A stretch of 64,000 nucleotides of DNA from Candidatus Micrarchaeota archaeon. Lineage in GTDB: Archaea; Micrarchaeota; Micrarchaeia; Micrarchaeales; CABMGC01. Under the pieces are notes generated by a model. That model had not been told where the DNA came from. It saw only the letters and a program-made list of their open reading frames with translations, and ran no database searches. The stretch covers positions 4,200-68,199 of the forward strand of contig JAJYED010000002.1 of the NCBI GenBank assembly GCA_021790305.1, given 5' to 3'. A program made the position numbers and the translations under genes. Positions 47,460 through 56,702 of this stretch are shown piece by piece (within the stretch, counting starts at the first letter, position 1; each line of letters opens with the position of its first letter).

Positions 47460-47969
47460 CTGAAGTATTATGACGTAATAAAAACTGAGCCGGACAAGGA
47501 CCTGCAAAAGCGGCTCGGTTTTGCAAAGTTTCTGATATGTGGCAAGGACATAGAACTAAAGCCAGCGGCACACAACTATCCACACAGGACAATAGCCACA
47601 GGTCAGAATGAAGGCCTTCTTGCAAAGTCACTTAAGGATAGGAACACAATAGGCATACTCCCCAGTAGCATGCCTTCAAAGAAACTGATAGCCCTTATCG
47701 CAGAGAGCGGCAAATTCCTATTCGTCAATGTAAATGCCATAATAAATGCAGACCCAAAACAGCAGCAGAAGCTGATATACCTATACAGAAAGACGATGCA
47801 CTACTGCAAGCAGTTCAAGGTAAATGTCTGTCCTATAACCCTTGCAGATTCAGGGGCCGAGATGCTTTCTGCAAGGCAGCTCATGCTGCTCATAAGGTTC
47901 CTGGGATTCAAGGGAGATGAGAAAAAAGCGCTAAGCGCGTTAGGTGCTCTATATGGCAAAGATAATTAA
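47460..47969 (+). CDS. rnp3: RNase P protein component 3 (Rpp30)
   Basis: The track ORF (47670..47969) covers only the C-terminal part (GKFLFVNVNAII...FKVNVCPITLADSGAEMLSARQLMLLIRFLGF). The frame is open from 47415 and encodes an Rpp30-like N-terminus (LKYYDVIKTEPDKDLQKRLGFAKFLICGKD...). No ATG/GTG/TTG occurs before 47670. CTG at 47460 follows GGTGA. Confidence 0.65.
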   Translation: MKYYDVIKTEPDKDLQKRLGFAKFLICGKDIELKPAAHNYPHRTIATGQNEGLLAKSLKDRNTIGILPSSMPSKKLIALIAESGKFLFVNVNAIINADPKQQQKLIYLYRKTMHYCKQFKVNVCPITLADSGAEMLSARQLMLLIRFLGFKGDEKKALSALGALYGKDN

Positions 47970-48276
47970 GAACAGGTATATACTCGCTGAGAGCTCAGCG
48001 CAGATAGACTTCAATGATCCTGCAAACCAGCGCGCTCTTGAATCAGGCATAATGCAGGCACTGGGCACACTCAATTACTCTTATTCTAATCCAAAGACGA
48101 TGCTTGCAACGGAGAAGCAGTTCATACTTCGCATACAGAGGAATTCAGAGGACAGTACCATACTTGCCCTGTCATTCATAAAGAGCATAAACGGCAAGGC
48201 TACGGGCATCTACACTATTAAAACATCAGGAACAATCAAATCATTGAAGGAACAGCTCATAAAAAATGACAAATGA
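47953..48276 (+). CDS. rnp2: RNase P protein component 2 (Pop5)
   Basis: MAKIIKNRYILAES... is the Pop5 N-terminal pattern, adjacent to Rpp30 as in other archaea. GGTG lies 6 nt upstream of ATG 47953. Confidence 0.75.
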   Translation: MAKIIKNRYILAESSAQIDFNDPANQRALESGIMQALGTLNYSYSNPKTMLATEKQFILRIQRNSEDSTILALSFIKSINGKATGIYTIKTSGTIKSLKEQLIKNDK

Positions 48277-48283
48277 GCCGTTA

Positions 48284-48649
48284 CTATCTCCTTACGCAGT
48301 TTAAGTCTACCGCTTGGAAAAGCCTATGTGCATAATCGCTGTTAAGAACGCCTCCTATACATTTCTCCAACTTCTCCCCGTTGGCGCAAGCCTGTACTCT
48401 GTATACAGAAATGCCATAATTACCTCCATTGCGACCATGAGGTTCCTTGTATAATTTTAACATCATTCCTGTTTCGTTGTCTACTGCAGAAAAGATGCAG
48501 AAATTTTCTCCACTCCTTTCTGCCTTCCAATCATTCAAAGGAATCCTTTTAGCCATTTCAACAGACCGTTCATCACTGACTAAATTCTTCCCTTCTTTAT
48601 ATACCATGTCATATACCATAAGATCACTTCTATTAAGCAATATATTCAT
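48284..48649 (-). CDS. Hypothetical protein
   Basis: 121-aa ORF with no recognisable motif. Confidence 0.4.
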   Translation of the reverse strand: MNILLNRSDLMVYDMVYKEGKNLVSDERSVEMAKRIPLNDWKAERSGENFCIFSAVDNETGMMLKLYKEPHGRNGGNYGISVYRVQACANGEKLEKCIGGVLNSDYAHRLFQAVDLNCVRR

Positions 48650-48760
48650 GATATTTAAACGTGATGCCTTCAGGTTAAGCCAACGTCCTCCTGTAACTAA
48701 TTCTACACCAGCGAAGAAGTTTTATTAATGCCTGTATAAAATAAATAATATGTTGGTAAT

Positions 48761-49144
48761 ATGGCTGGCATGAGTAAAGGCAATAGACCTATTGGAATAT
48801 CTGCACTTGCAATATTGGAAATTCTCGGAGGAGTACTTGCAATAATAGCAGGACTGTTCGTAGCAGGACTAGCAAACAGCATCCCAGGGTTAAGTGGTTT
48901 AGGCTCCATATTAGGCATTGTATTCATAATAAGCGGACTATTTGCATTTGCAGTTGGGTACGGCTTCTGGACAGGAGCAAAGTGGAGCTGGTGGCTTGCC
49001 ATCATAATATATGCTTTGGGTATGATATCAAGTTTAGCAGGCATAGTGGTCGGATCTGTATTCAGTGTTATAGGTCTAATTATTGAAGCAATATTGTTAT
49101 ACTACATTACCAGACCCGGAGTAAAGTCATGGTTTAACGTATAA
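48761..49144 (+). CDS. Small integral membrane protein (4 TM)
   Basis: 127 aa, Gly/Ile/Leu-rich helices. Confidence 0.55.
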   Translation: MAGMSKGNRPIGISALAILEILGGVLAIIAGLFVAGLANSIPGLSGLGSILGIVFIISGLFAFAVGYGFWTGAKWSWWLAIIIYALGMISSLAGIVVGSVFSVIGLIIEAILLYYITRPGVKSWFNV

Positions 49145-49156
49145 TCTGTTGAATAA

Positions 49157-49792
49157 ATGGACATAATCAGCTCTATAAAGAAAGCGTGGAATATTGCAAT
49201 ACATCCGTCTAAAGCAACCCCAATGGGTATAAAGGATGCCCTGATATTCTATTATTCATTTGCCATAATCCCTGCAATCATTACCGGTATATTGGCAGCA
49301 GTATTAACAGGCACCGGGATATCAGGAGCAGTCATCGAGATCGCCGCAATACTTATACTGGCCCCTATAGTGTTTTTTGTAGAAGCAGCCCTTATTCATC
49401 TGTTCGGCAAATTCCTATTCCGCAAATTCCAAAAACCATACGCAACGACATTCACTACTATTACATTCGCATCAATACCTGCGGCTTTATTTTCATGGTT
49501 AATATTAATCACATCCATTTCAGTACCAGTCAGCACCGCCGTAAGCATAATATTTGACATATGGGCCGTGATAATACTGACTATAGCAATAATGAAACTT
49601 CAGAAGACCTCAGGACTCTTTGCTGTACTATCCTGGCTTGTCCCATTAATAATAATTTTAATAATAGTTACAGTCATTATAGCAGCACTGCTGTCAATTG
49701 TCGCTACTTTGCCCGGCGGCCTTGGCGCACTCCAGAACGGCACGCTTAACAGCACATTAATCCACACATTTAATGTAACTACTACTATCTGA
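49157..49792 (+). CDS. Integral membrane protein, unknown function
   Basis: 211 aa, about 5 TM helices, 12 nt downstream of the previous membrane gene. Confidence 0.55.
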   Translation: MDIISSIKKAWNIAIHPSKATPMGIKDALIFYYSFAIIPAIITGILAAVLTGTGISGAVIEIAAILILAPIVFFVEAALIHLFGKFLFRKFQKPYATTFTTITFASIPAALFSWLILITSISVPVSTAVSIIFDIWAVIILTIAIMKLQKTSGLFAVLSWLVPLIIILIIVTVIIAALLSIVATLPGGLGALQNGTLNSTLIHTFNVTTTI

Positions 49793-49886
49793 AAACTAGG
49801 ACAAATCGCAGTTTCCAGATGTCGTCGTAGTAAAAAGGTTAATATAATTATCTATAAGAATAAGAAATACTAATTTCAGTGGTTCT

Positions 49887-50246
49887 ATGAAAATCAATGA
49901 GCTTAAAGGAGGAGTGGGCAACGTAGAGATAGAGGCAACTGTAGTTGACAAACAACCCACCAGAACCGTAGTTACAAAGTATGGAAAGCAGCTTACTGTA
50001 TCAAGCGCTACCATAAAGGATGACACGGGAAGCATAACCCTATCATTATGGGAGAAGGATGCAGACGCCATAGATGTTGGAGACAAGATAAAGGTAACCA
50101 ATGGCTATGTGAGCGAATACAAGGGCAACCCGCAGCTCTCTGCAGGCAAGTACGGAAAGATAGAGGTTATAGAGAAGGGAGAGGGCGGCTCGTCAGGAAA
50201 CTCTGAACCTGAAGAGAATTTCGGCTCTGATTCAGAAGAGTTCTAA
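49887..50246 (+). CDS. ssb: Single-OB-fold ssDNA-binding protein with an acidic C-terminal tail
   Basis: 119 aa. VEIEATVVDKQPTRTVVTKYGKQLTVSSATIKDDTGSITLSLWEKDA...GYVSEYKGNPQLSAGKYGKIEV forms the OB fold. A flexible tail follows: GEGGSSGNSEPEENFGSDSEEF. Confidence 0.75.
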   Translation: MKINELKGGVGNVEIEATVVDKQPTRTVVTKYGKQLTVSSATIKDDTGSITLSLWEKDADAIDVGDKIKVTNGYVSEYKGNPQLSAGKYGKIEVIEKGEGGSSGNSEPEENFGSDSEEF

Positions 50247-50249
50247 ATA

Positions 50250-51500
50250 TTAGAATTCAAAATCTATCGTATCCCCTACTTTAGGAGTGTGGACTTTGAA
50301 TCCCTCCAACCTCAGGCTCTCTGCTGCCGCATTGATGTTCTCAACACTGCCATGCACAAGGACTATCTCTTCAGGAGAGCATAGCTTTGCATACTCGTGG
50401 AGATCTTTCTTACCTGCATGCGCAGAAAAATCATAAAAGCCAAACTCATTTCTGACAGTGAACTTCTTACCGTCTATTATCAACGGCTTGCCTTCCAGCA
50501 GCTTATGGCCATTCGTACCTTCAACCTGGAAACCGGTAAGGAATATTTTGGAATTCCTGCCAAGCTGCGTTATATAATTAAGTACAGGGCCTCCTGTAAG
50601 CATCCCAGATGTGGTGAGTATTATTCTCCCTCCTTTTACTGCATTCCTCCTAACATGCTGCATATCCACAACTGACACCTTGTTAACTCCCTCCGCAAGC
50701 AGCTTTCCATTCTTCAGGAAGCGCTTGTGCGCCAGGGCTATCTCGGTAGCTGCCCTTGCCATTCCGTCAAGATATGTTCTCTCTGCCAGCCCATTTTCTT
50801 CTAATATAGCAAGTATCTCCTGGCTTCTACCTACCGCGAAGACCGGTACGAGAGCAGTGCCTCCGTTGTCTATCACATCCTTTATATCCTCTATAAACGA
50901 GGATATCAGCTTCTCTCTTCCAGTATGCTCCCCGCCGCCGTAAGTGGCCTCCATTATCAATATATCGCATTTTACAGGATCCGCTCCTTTCTGCAGGGTC
51001 TGTTCCTCAAGCTTGAAATCCCCTGTATACCCGATAACCCTCCCGCTTCTTATACTCTCTATGGAAGATACCGCGCTTCCGCATATATGCCCTGCATCTC
51101 GCATTGTTATTACATAATCGTCAAATTCATTCTCGTATCCGTATTCGCAAGGGACATACTTGGACATCATCTCCCTGAATTCTGCCCTTGAGTATGCGGG
51201 CTTATCGTGCTTCCTCTTCCCTATCTTCATAGCATCTTCTATCAGCAGCTCTACCAGCTCCATTGTCGGCTGGGTCGCAAATGTCGGAGGACTTGCATCC
51301 CTGTAAATGGAAGGAAGGAAACCGCTATGGTCAAGATGAGCATGGCTGAGAATGCACGCATCTACCTTCCCTATCTCCAGAGGATATTCTGTAGCGCTCT
51401 CTACCTTCACTCCGCAATCAAGCAGTATGTTCTTCTTATCTTCTATAACAAACGCCGATCTTCCAACCTCTCCGGCGCCACCAAGAAAACGTATTCTCAA
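50250..51500 (-). CDS. Metallo-beta-lactamase/beta-CASP ribonuclease (aCPSF2-like)
   Basis: 416 aa with MRIRFLGGAGEVGRSAF, HAHLDHSG and a beta-CASP region with C-terminal HGS. Confidence 0.8.
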   Translation of the reverse strand: MRIRFLGGAGEVGRSAFVIEDKKNILLDCGVKVESATEYPLEIGKVDACILSHAHLDHSGFLPSIYRDASPPTFATQPTMELVELLIEDAMKIGKRKHDKPAYSRAEFREMMSKYVPCEYGYENEFDDYVITMRDAGHICGSAVSSIESIRSGRVIGYTGDFKLEEQTLQKGADPVKCDILIMEATYGGGEHTGREKLISSFIEDIKDVIDNGGTALVPVFAVGRSQEILAILEENGLAERTYLDGMARAATEIALAHKRFLKNGKLLAEGVNKVSVVDMQHVRRNAVKGGRIILTTSGMLTGGPVLNYITQLGRNSKIFLTGFQVEGTNGHKLLEGKPLIIDGKKFTVRNEFGFYDFSAHAGKKDLHEYAKLCSPEEIVLVHGSVENINAAAESLRLEGFKVHTPKVGDTIDFEF

Positions 51501-51591
51501 ATAATCACGTTCAAAATAGAAACCAACAAACTTATGTTTATCTTAATATATTTAAGTGTTATTAAAGAATAGTATAGCGACCTGTGGTGAA

Positions 51592-52302
51592 ATGGCGGAC
51601 GATATAACCTTCCTAGATATTACATGCCTCATGAGGATATCAGACGACACGACGTTGGAGAGATTCGGATCGGCAATAAATGCAAGCATATTTGATGCAT
51701 CTAACATAGCCGGTACACTCAAGCAAAAGGACCTGATAGACTTTACCTCCATATTTCCAGGACCAAATTCCATAGCAGTTACGGAGAAGGGGAAAGCCGT
51801 ACTATCAGAAGCAGAACAAAGAGCCGCAACACCATTCGATAATCTTGACAAGAGCATCCTTTCACAGATATCAAACGGCAAGAGCTCCCCAAAGGACATA
51901 CAGAGTTCTATAAGCCTGAATTCGAAAGATCTTGCAATGCGCCTGTACAAGCTGAGCAAGCAAAACCTTCTCACATACGAGTTGAAGAGCGGGCAGGTAG
52001 AGATACTGCTCACAGAGCAGGGTTTTCTTAAAGCTGCTCCACAGCAGCCCCAGCCTATGCCGTCAATGCAATCCCTGCAAACAACGCAACCAACACAGAA
52101 TGACACTCAGGCACCTGTCCAGAACCCTTCACCAGTACACTCTCAGGTTCAACCTCAAACCGAACCGCAGGAGCAGCAGCTATCTGCTCCACAGGAGATT
52201 CATCTGCAGCCAAAGCCCATTAACAAGAAGCTCGTTGCAGGCATAATCATAATCTTGGTTATAATATTTCTTGCATATCTAGTAGTGATGAAGATAATAT
52301 GA
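51592..52302 (+). CDS. Tail-anchored protein with winged-helix-like repeats and a Gln/Pro-rich linker
   Basis: MADDITFLD... followed by two similar about 60-aa segments (...AGTLKQKDLIDFT... and ...AMRLYKLSKQNLLTYELKSGQVEILLTEQG). Next come a PQ-rich stretch (about 52020-52220) and a C-terminal TM helix LVAGIIIILVIIFLAYLVVM. GGTGA is immediately upstream of ATG 51592. Confidence 0.5.
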   Translation: MADDITFLDITCLMRISDDTTLERFGSAINASIFDASNIAGTLKQKDLIDFTSIFPGPNSIAVTEKGKAVLSEAEQRAATPFDNLDKSILSQISNGKSSPKDIQSSISLNSKDLAMRLYKLSKQNLLTYELKSGQVEILLTEQGFLKAAPQQPQPMPSMQSLQTTQPTQNDTQAPVQNPSPVHSQVQPQTEPQEQQLSAPQEIHLQPKPINKKLVAGIIIILVIIFLAYLVVMKII

Positions 52303-52913
52303 CTCTATCAGATTATTTTGAAGGGGAGAGACTTCTGAAGAAGTACGGGATAAGCAGCATAAGGAGCTGGTATGTTGATTCTGCCGAAGAGGCAATATCC
52401 AAGGCAAACGGCAACCCTATAGTAATGAAGGTAATAACTGAGAAGGCTCTGCACAAATCGAAGAGCGGCCTGGTAGAACTAGACTTAAAGACAGACCAAG
52501 AGATAAAATCTGCATTCAAATCCCTCTCTGCAAAAGCGGCTAAGCTTAAACCATACAAAATAATAGTGCAGGAGATGTCAAAAGGCGGAATAGAGGTCAT
52601 AATAGGTGGTAAGACAGACCCGCAGTTCGGAAAGGTCATACTTCTCGGCCTTGGCGGAATCTACGTAGAAGCATTCAAGGACTTTGCAATACGTGTATGC
52701 CCTATAAACAAAAACGATGCATCAAGCATGATAGATAATCTGAAATCAGAGAACGTGATAACCTACGGTTCAGAGAACAGGAAGATGCTCGAAGGCCTTC
52801 TGTTAAAAGTATCGGATATGCTTACGCATACGGATCTTAAGGAACTTGACCTCAACCCGGTCATACTAAGGAAGGATGACTACGACGTAGTCGATATAAG
52901 AATATTGAAATAA
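52299..52913 (+). CDS. acdB: Acetyl-CoA synthetase (ADP-forming) beta subunit (ATP-grasp)
   Basis: 204 aa. EGERLLKKYGISS...IVMKV...KSKSGLVELDL. 4-nt overlap with the upstream gene; the alpha subunit follows. Confidence 0.8.
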   Translation: MTLSDYFEGERLLKKYGISSIRSWYVDSAEEAISKANGNPIVMKVITEKALHKSKSGLVELDLKTDQEIKSAFKSLSAKAAKLKPYKIIVQEMSKGGIEVIIGGKTDPQFGKVILLGLGGIYVEAFKDFAIRVCPINKNDASSMIDNLKSENVITYGSENRKMLEGLLLKVSDMLTHTDLKELDLNPVILRKDDYDVVDIRILK

Positions 52914-52921
52914 GTGTTTGA

Positions 52922-54301
52922 ATGCCAGTCGACCTAAAATATATGCTGAACCCGAAATCGGTAGCAATAATAGGGGCATCGAAGAATCCTGAGAAGGTAG
53001 GGCACATCATATTACAAAATTACATAAACTCCGGATATTCTGGGAAGCTTTTCGCTGTTAACAAGGATGCGGAGTCCATTCTCGGAGTTAAGGCGTATGC
53101 GCATGTCGGGGAGATAAAGGAAAAACTTGATCTGGCAGTAATTGCAATACCTGCGCCCTTCGTACCTGCAGTCCTCGAGGAGTGCGGAAGAGCGGGGGTC
53201 AAGAGCACCATAGTCGTAACTGCAGGATTCGAGGAGATAGGGCAAAAAGAGCTTCAAGAACAGATTGTAAGCATATCTGAAAAGTATAAGATGCCTATGC
53301 TGGGTCCCAACTGCCTTGGAGTGATAGATACACGCGCAAGGACAGATACGCTCTTCCTGCCTACATACAAACTAAGCAAGCCTGGAGTCGGATATGTGAG
53401 CTTCATATCGCAGAGCGGTGCTGTGGGAAGTACAATACTCGATCTGATAGCCGGAGAGGGATTCGGCCTTTCAAAATTCATATCCTATGGAAACGCAGCT
53501 TATGTGGACGAATCCGATATACTCGAATACCTGATGAATGATGAAGATACAAAAGTAATCATAATGTACCTAGAGGGCATAAAGAACGGCAAGAAGTTCA
53601 TAGAGGTCGCAAAGAAGGTGACAAAGAAAAAGCCGGTAGTGGTTCTAAAAGGCGGTAGAACATCCGTGGGGCAGCAGGCAACTCTATCACACACGGCATC
53701 TCTTGCAGGAGATTATCAGGTTTACGAGGGCGTATTCAAGCAGTTCGGTTTCACGATTGCAAACGATCTGAACGAGCTTCTGTACTATGCAAAGGTGCTT
53801 GTATCAGAACCCGCACCAAGCGGTAATCGTGTCGGGATAATAACCAACGGCGGAGGCGCAGGAGTGATCACAACAGATTCGGTAGGATTTGTAAAGACGC
53901 TAAAACTTGCAGAACTTAGCAAAAAGAGCCAGGAGATACTCAGGAAGAAGATGCCTCCACTGGTAAATATAAGAATACCATTGGACTTGGCAGGGGATGC
54001 AGGAGGGGACAGATATGAGACTGCAGTCTCAGTGCTAAAGGACGATGAGAATGTAGACATGATAATAGTCATAGCCCTTTTCCAAACTCCTGGGGCAGAT
54101 TCCAGTGTCGTGGCGAAACTGGTACACTTCAAGGCGGATATCACAAAGCCGATGATAGTAATCAGCATAGGTGCGGAGTACACGCAGGTGCATAACAAAA
54201 TGATGGAGGAATCAGGACTTCCTGTTTACGATTCACCTCTTGCAGCTGTCAACTCCTTGGCAGAACTCTTCAAATACTATTCATACAAGAATCAGAAGTG
54301 A
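52922..54301 (+). CDS. acdA: Acetyl-CoA synthetase (ADP-forming) alpha subunit
   Basis: 459 aa with the CoA-binding motif PKSVAIIGASKNPEKVGHIILQN, SQSGAVGS and the phosphohistidine region ATLSHTASLAG. Confidence 0.85.
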   Translation: MPVDLKYMLNPKSVAIIGASKNPEKVGHIILQNYINSGYSGKLFAVNKDAESILGVKAYAHVGEIKEKLDLAVIAIPAPFVPAVLEECGRAGVKSTIVVTAGFEEIGQKELQEQIVSISEKYKMPMLGPNCLGVIDTRARTDTLFLPTYKLSKPGVGYVSFISQSGAVGSTILDLIAGEGFGLSKFISYGNAAYVDESDILEYLMNDEDTKVIIMYLEGIKNGKKFIEVAKKVTKKKPVVVLKGGRTSVGQQATLSHTASLAGDYQVYEGVFKQFGFTIANDLNELLYYAKVLVSEPAPSGNRVGIITNGGGAGVITTDSVGFVKTLKLAELSKKSQEILRKKMPPLVNIRIPLDLAGDAGGDRYETAVSVLKDDENVDMIIVIALFQTPGADSSVVAKLVHFKADITKPMIVISIGAEYTQVHNKMMEESGLPVYDSPLAAVNSLAELFKYYSYKNQK

Positions 54302-54306
54302 ATTCG

Positions 54307-55500
54307 CTATCCGAGAAGTTCGTCCATAGCCTTTGCAATTACCTTATCCTTTTTCTCTCCTGAGCTAAGAAGCTCAAAGAGCTCTGCAGGTCCTATACTG
54401 AGGTCATAGCCGTTCTTTTTCAGCTCTGCCATAAGTATTCCTATTCCAAGATCCTTTACAGATACGTTGCTTATGTCTGAGAATATCTCCGAGCGCTTCT
54501 CATCATCAGACACCTCCTCAAAGCCCTTCTTTGATATCTCAATAACTGCATCATTCTTGAATTTCTTGGCGATTTCCTGCATATCTATACCGAGTCTTTT
54601 CACAGCCTTGCTCTTTCCGTTTATCTCTATCCTTATTATGCACCCTTGTCCGTTCTTCGAAACAGCATCTTCAACTCTTTCCTCTATCTCCCTAAGCAAC
54701 GTCCCTTCCTTTACAGAATCAGCATCCACTTTAAGCGACTGAAAACTCCTGGAATTTATGTGCACGAACTCATACGTCCTTGCCTTTGTATCATAGACGA
54801 AGAAGCCTTTTTTCTCAGTCTCTCCGTCCTTCAGCTGCGTAAGCACTGTGCTGCCAGGTATCAAGAAATGCTTTCCATGCACAGTTGATTCAAATCTACT
54901 GTGTATATGCCCGTTCACATAAAGGTCAAAGCCCACAGGAAGCTCTTCCATCCTCAGGAAAGAGTCGTTAAATGGAAGCAGCTCGTACAGAGACTGGTGA
55001 AACATCAGTATGTTGAAAGCCCCGTCAATCCTCCTGCCTGCATACTCCTTAAGCGCATCCCCGAATCGTTCTTCGACAACGCCTGCGATTCCTGTAACCG
55101 CTACCCTCTCTCCGTCCTTTTCAATCACCACAACTCCCATGCCTATGTCCGCAAGCAGCGATGTGAGATTCAGCAGATCAACAGGATCCTCAGTATCACT
55201 CGTCCTTCTCTCATGCGTTCCGGGGATCGCGAGTACAGGTTTGTCAGTGTATATCTTTCCAAGCCCTTCAAATCCGACTATTCGGGCACCGAACTCCTTT
55301 TCACGCAGCTCCTTGAATATGCCTATCGCTTCAGCAATCACATCAGGCTTAGGGAACCTTGTATCAAATATGTCTCCAGGTATGATTATTGCGTCAGCTC
55401 TTTCAGCAGCCATCATAAGAGCTTCCTTTGCCTGTGCGTACGCGTCCTTCCTGAAACGCTCATATCCTATATGCAGATCAGATACAATCGCTATCTTCAT
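54307..55500 (-). CDS. Mre11/SbcD-like metallophosphoesterase
   Basis: 397 aa. Phosphoesterase motifs: I SDLH, II GDIFD, III GTHE (in place of GNH[DE]), IV FHQ, V NGHIH. The C-terminal about 140 aa are unassigned. ATGA overlap with orc1. Confidence 0.7.
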   Translation of the reverse strand: MKIAIVSDLHIGYERFRKDAYAQAKEALMMAAERADAIIIPGDIFDTRFPKPDVIAEAIGIFKELREKEFGARIVGFEGLGKIYTDKPVLAIPGTHERRTSDTEDPVDLLNLTSLLADIGMGVVVIEKDGERVAVTGIAGVVEERFGDALKEYAGRRIDGAFNILMFHQSLYELLPFNDSFLRMEELPVGFDLYVNGHIHSRFESTVHGKHFLIPGSTVLTQLKDGETEKKGFFVYDTKARTYEFVHINSRSFQSLKVDADSVKEGTLLREIEERVEDAVSKNGQGCIIRIEINGKSKAVKRLGIDMQEIAKKFKNDAVIEISKKGFEEVSDDEKRSEIFSDISNVSVKDLGIGILMAELKKNGYDLSIGPAELFELLSSGEKKDKVIAKAMDELLG

Positions 55501-56702
55501 ACACTCTCCTCCGTATCAGTAGTAAGTGTCTTCTCTATAGTATCCTTCATGCGCTCAGGAGAGTAAGCAAGCTTGATCAGCTTCGTGTGCCCTCTTATCC
55601 CCTTTCCAGACTCATAAGCCGAGATCAGTCCCTGCATCTCAAGGTCGAATATATACTTCCTATACCATCTTGAGCTCTTAGGGCCTTTGTTCAGGCTCTT
55701 AGCTATTGCAGAATATTTATTGTAAATATCGCCGCTGAAAAGATAGGTGTCGGTATCGCCGCTCAGCCTCTTGTACTTGCTTCCCTGTATGGAGAGCATG
55801 GCTATCGCATAAATGATAAGGCGCTGGTGCTCTGGCAGCGTGTTTACAAGTTCGTACACAAGCTCCTCCTCCGCTGCTTCCGAAGCCCTGTTAACATCAT
55901 TAATTGTTATTACTCCCTCTCCTCTCTCATCGGCAAGCTCCCCCGCCTTTGAAAGAACCTTCAACGCCAGTCTTGCGTCCCCACTGTCCTTTGCAGATAT
56001 CGCAGCTGCAAGGTTTATAGCTGCTTGGTCTATCACACCTTTCTTGAAACCCTTTTCAGCCCTTTCCTTCAGAATCAGCGCGAGCTCATTCGAATTGTAA
56101 GGCGGGAAGACCAACTCATTTTCATAAAGGGTCGACAAACTTCTCGGATCCAAATCCTCCTTGAAGGATATCTTGTTAGAAACCCCAACAATCATTATTC
56201 CTCCTGATTTTATGTCGCTGTTAGCCCTTGTGAGTGTGTAGATCAGGTCATCAAGATCCTTTACTACATCTATCTCATCAAGTACTACTATCAGTATCTT
56301 TGCATCCTCTTCTACCCAGTTTATTATCCTCTCGTAAATATCAACAAGCCCGTACCCACGTTTTGCATAAATCGGCAGGTAATCGCTCGTTATCTTGTAA
56401 AGTACCCTGTACCTGGAGTTGTATATCCTGCAATTTATGTATGACACGCGCGCCTTTGTAGGCAGATCCTTTATCTTATCCACTACATGCTTGACACACG
56501 AGGTCTTTCCTGTCCCGGTCTTCCCATAAACGAAGAGGTTTCTCCCACGTTCTCCCCTGAGAGACGGCGTCATATACTTTACAATATTCTCGATCTGCTT
56601 CTCCCTGAAAGGAAGGTTATCTGGCATGTAATGCGGCGAAAGAACCTCACGGTTAGCGAATATCGCAGAATCCTTGAACAGATCAGAGAAAGGCTCTTTC
56701 AT
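55497..56702 (-). CDS. cdc6: Orc1/Cdc6 replication initiator
   Basis: 401 aa with an N-terminal VLSPHYMPDNLPFREKQI, Walker A YGKTGTGKTS, Walker B VVLDEID and a C-terminal winged helix. Confidence 0.9.
   Translation of the reverse strand: MKEPFSDLFKDSAIFANREVLSPHYMPDNLPFREKQIENIVKYMTPSLRGERGRNLFVYGKTGTGKTSCVKHVVDKIKDLPTKARVSYINCRIYNSRYRVLYKITSDYLPIYAKRGYGLVDIYERIINWVEEDAKILIVVLDEIDVVKDLDDLIYTLTRANSDIKSGGIMIVGVSNKISFKEDLDPRSLSTLYENELVFPPYNSNELALILKERAEKGFKKGVIDQAAINLAAAISAKDSGDARLALKVLSKAGELADERGEGVITINDVNRASEAAEEELVYELVNTLPEHQRLIIYAIAMLSIQGSKYKRLSGDTDTYLFSGDIYNKYSAIAKSLNKGPKSSRWYRKYIFDLEMQGLISAYESGKGIRGHTKLIKLAYSPERMKDTIEKTLTTDTEESV

Noticed and set aside
47412-47462. Programmed frameshift fusing prefoldin beta to Rpp30
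   Set aside because: The Rpp30 frame opens only 26 nt before the pfdB stop. There is no slippery heptamer. An SD-like GGTGA plus CTG downstream of the pfdB stop gives a simpler explanation.
51552-52106. 184-aa minus-strand ORF
   Set aside because: It is antisense to the tail-anchored protein gene. It is Cys-rich with irregular composition. The plus-strand ORF has an SD-like GGTGA, a TM tail and 4-nt coupling to acdB.
54901-55566. 221-aa and 170-aa plus-strand ORFs
   Set aside because: They are antisense to the Mre11-like gene, which carries all five phosphoesterase motifs.
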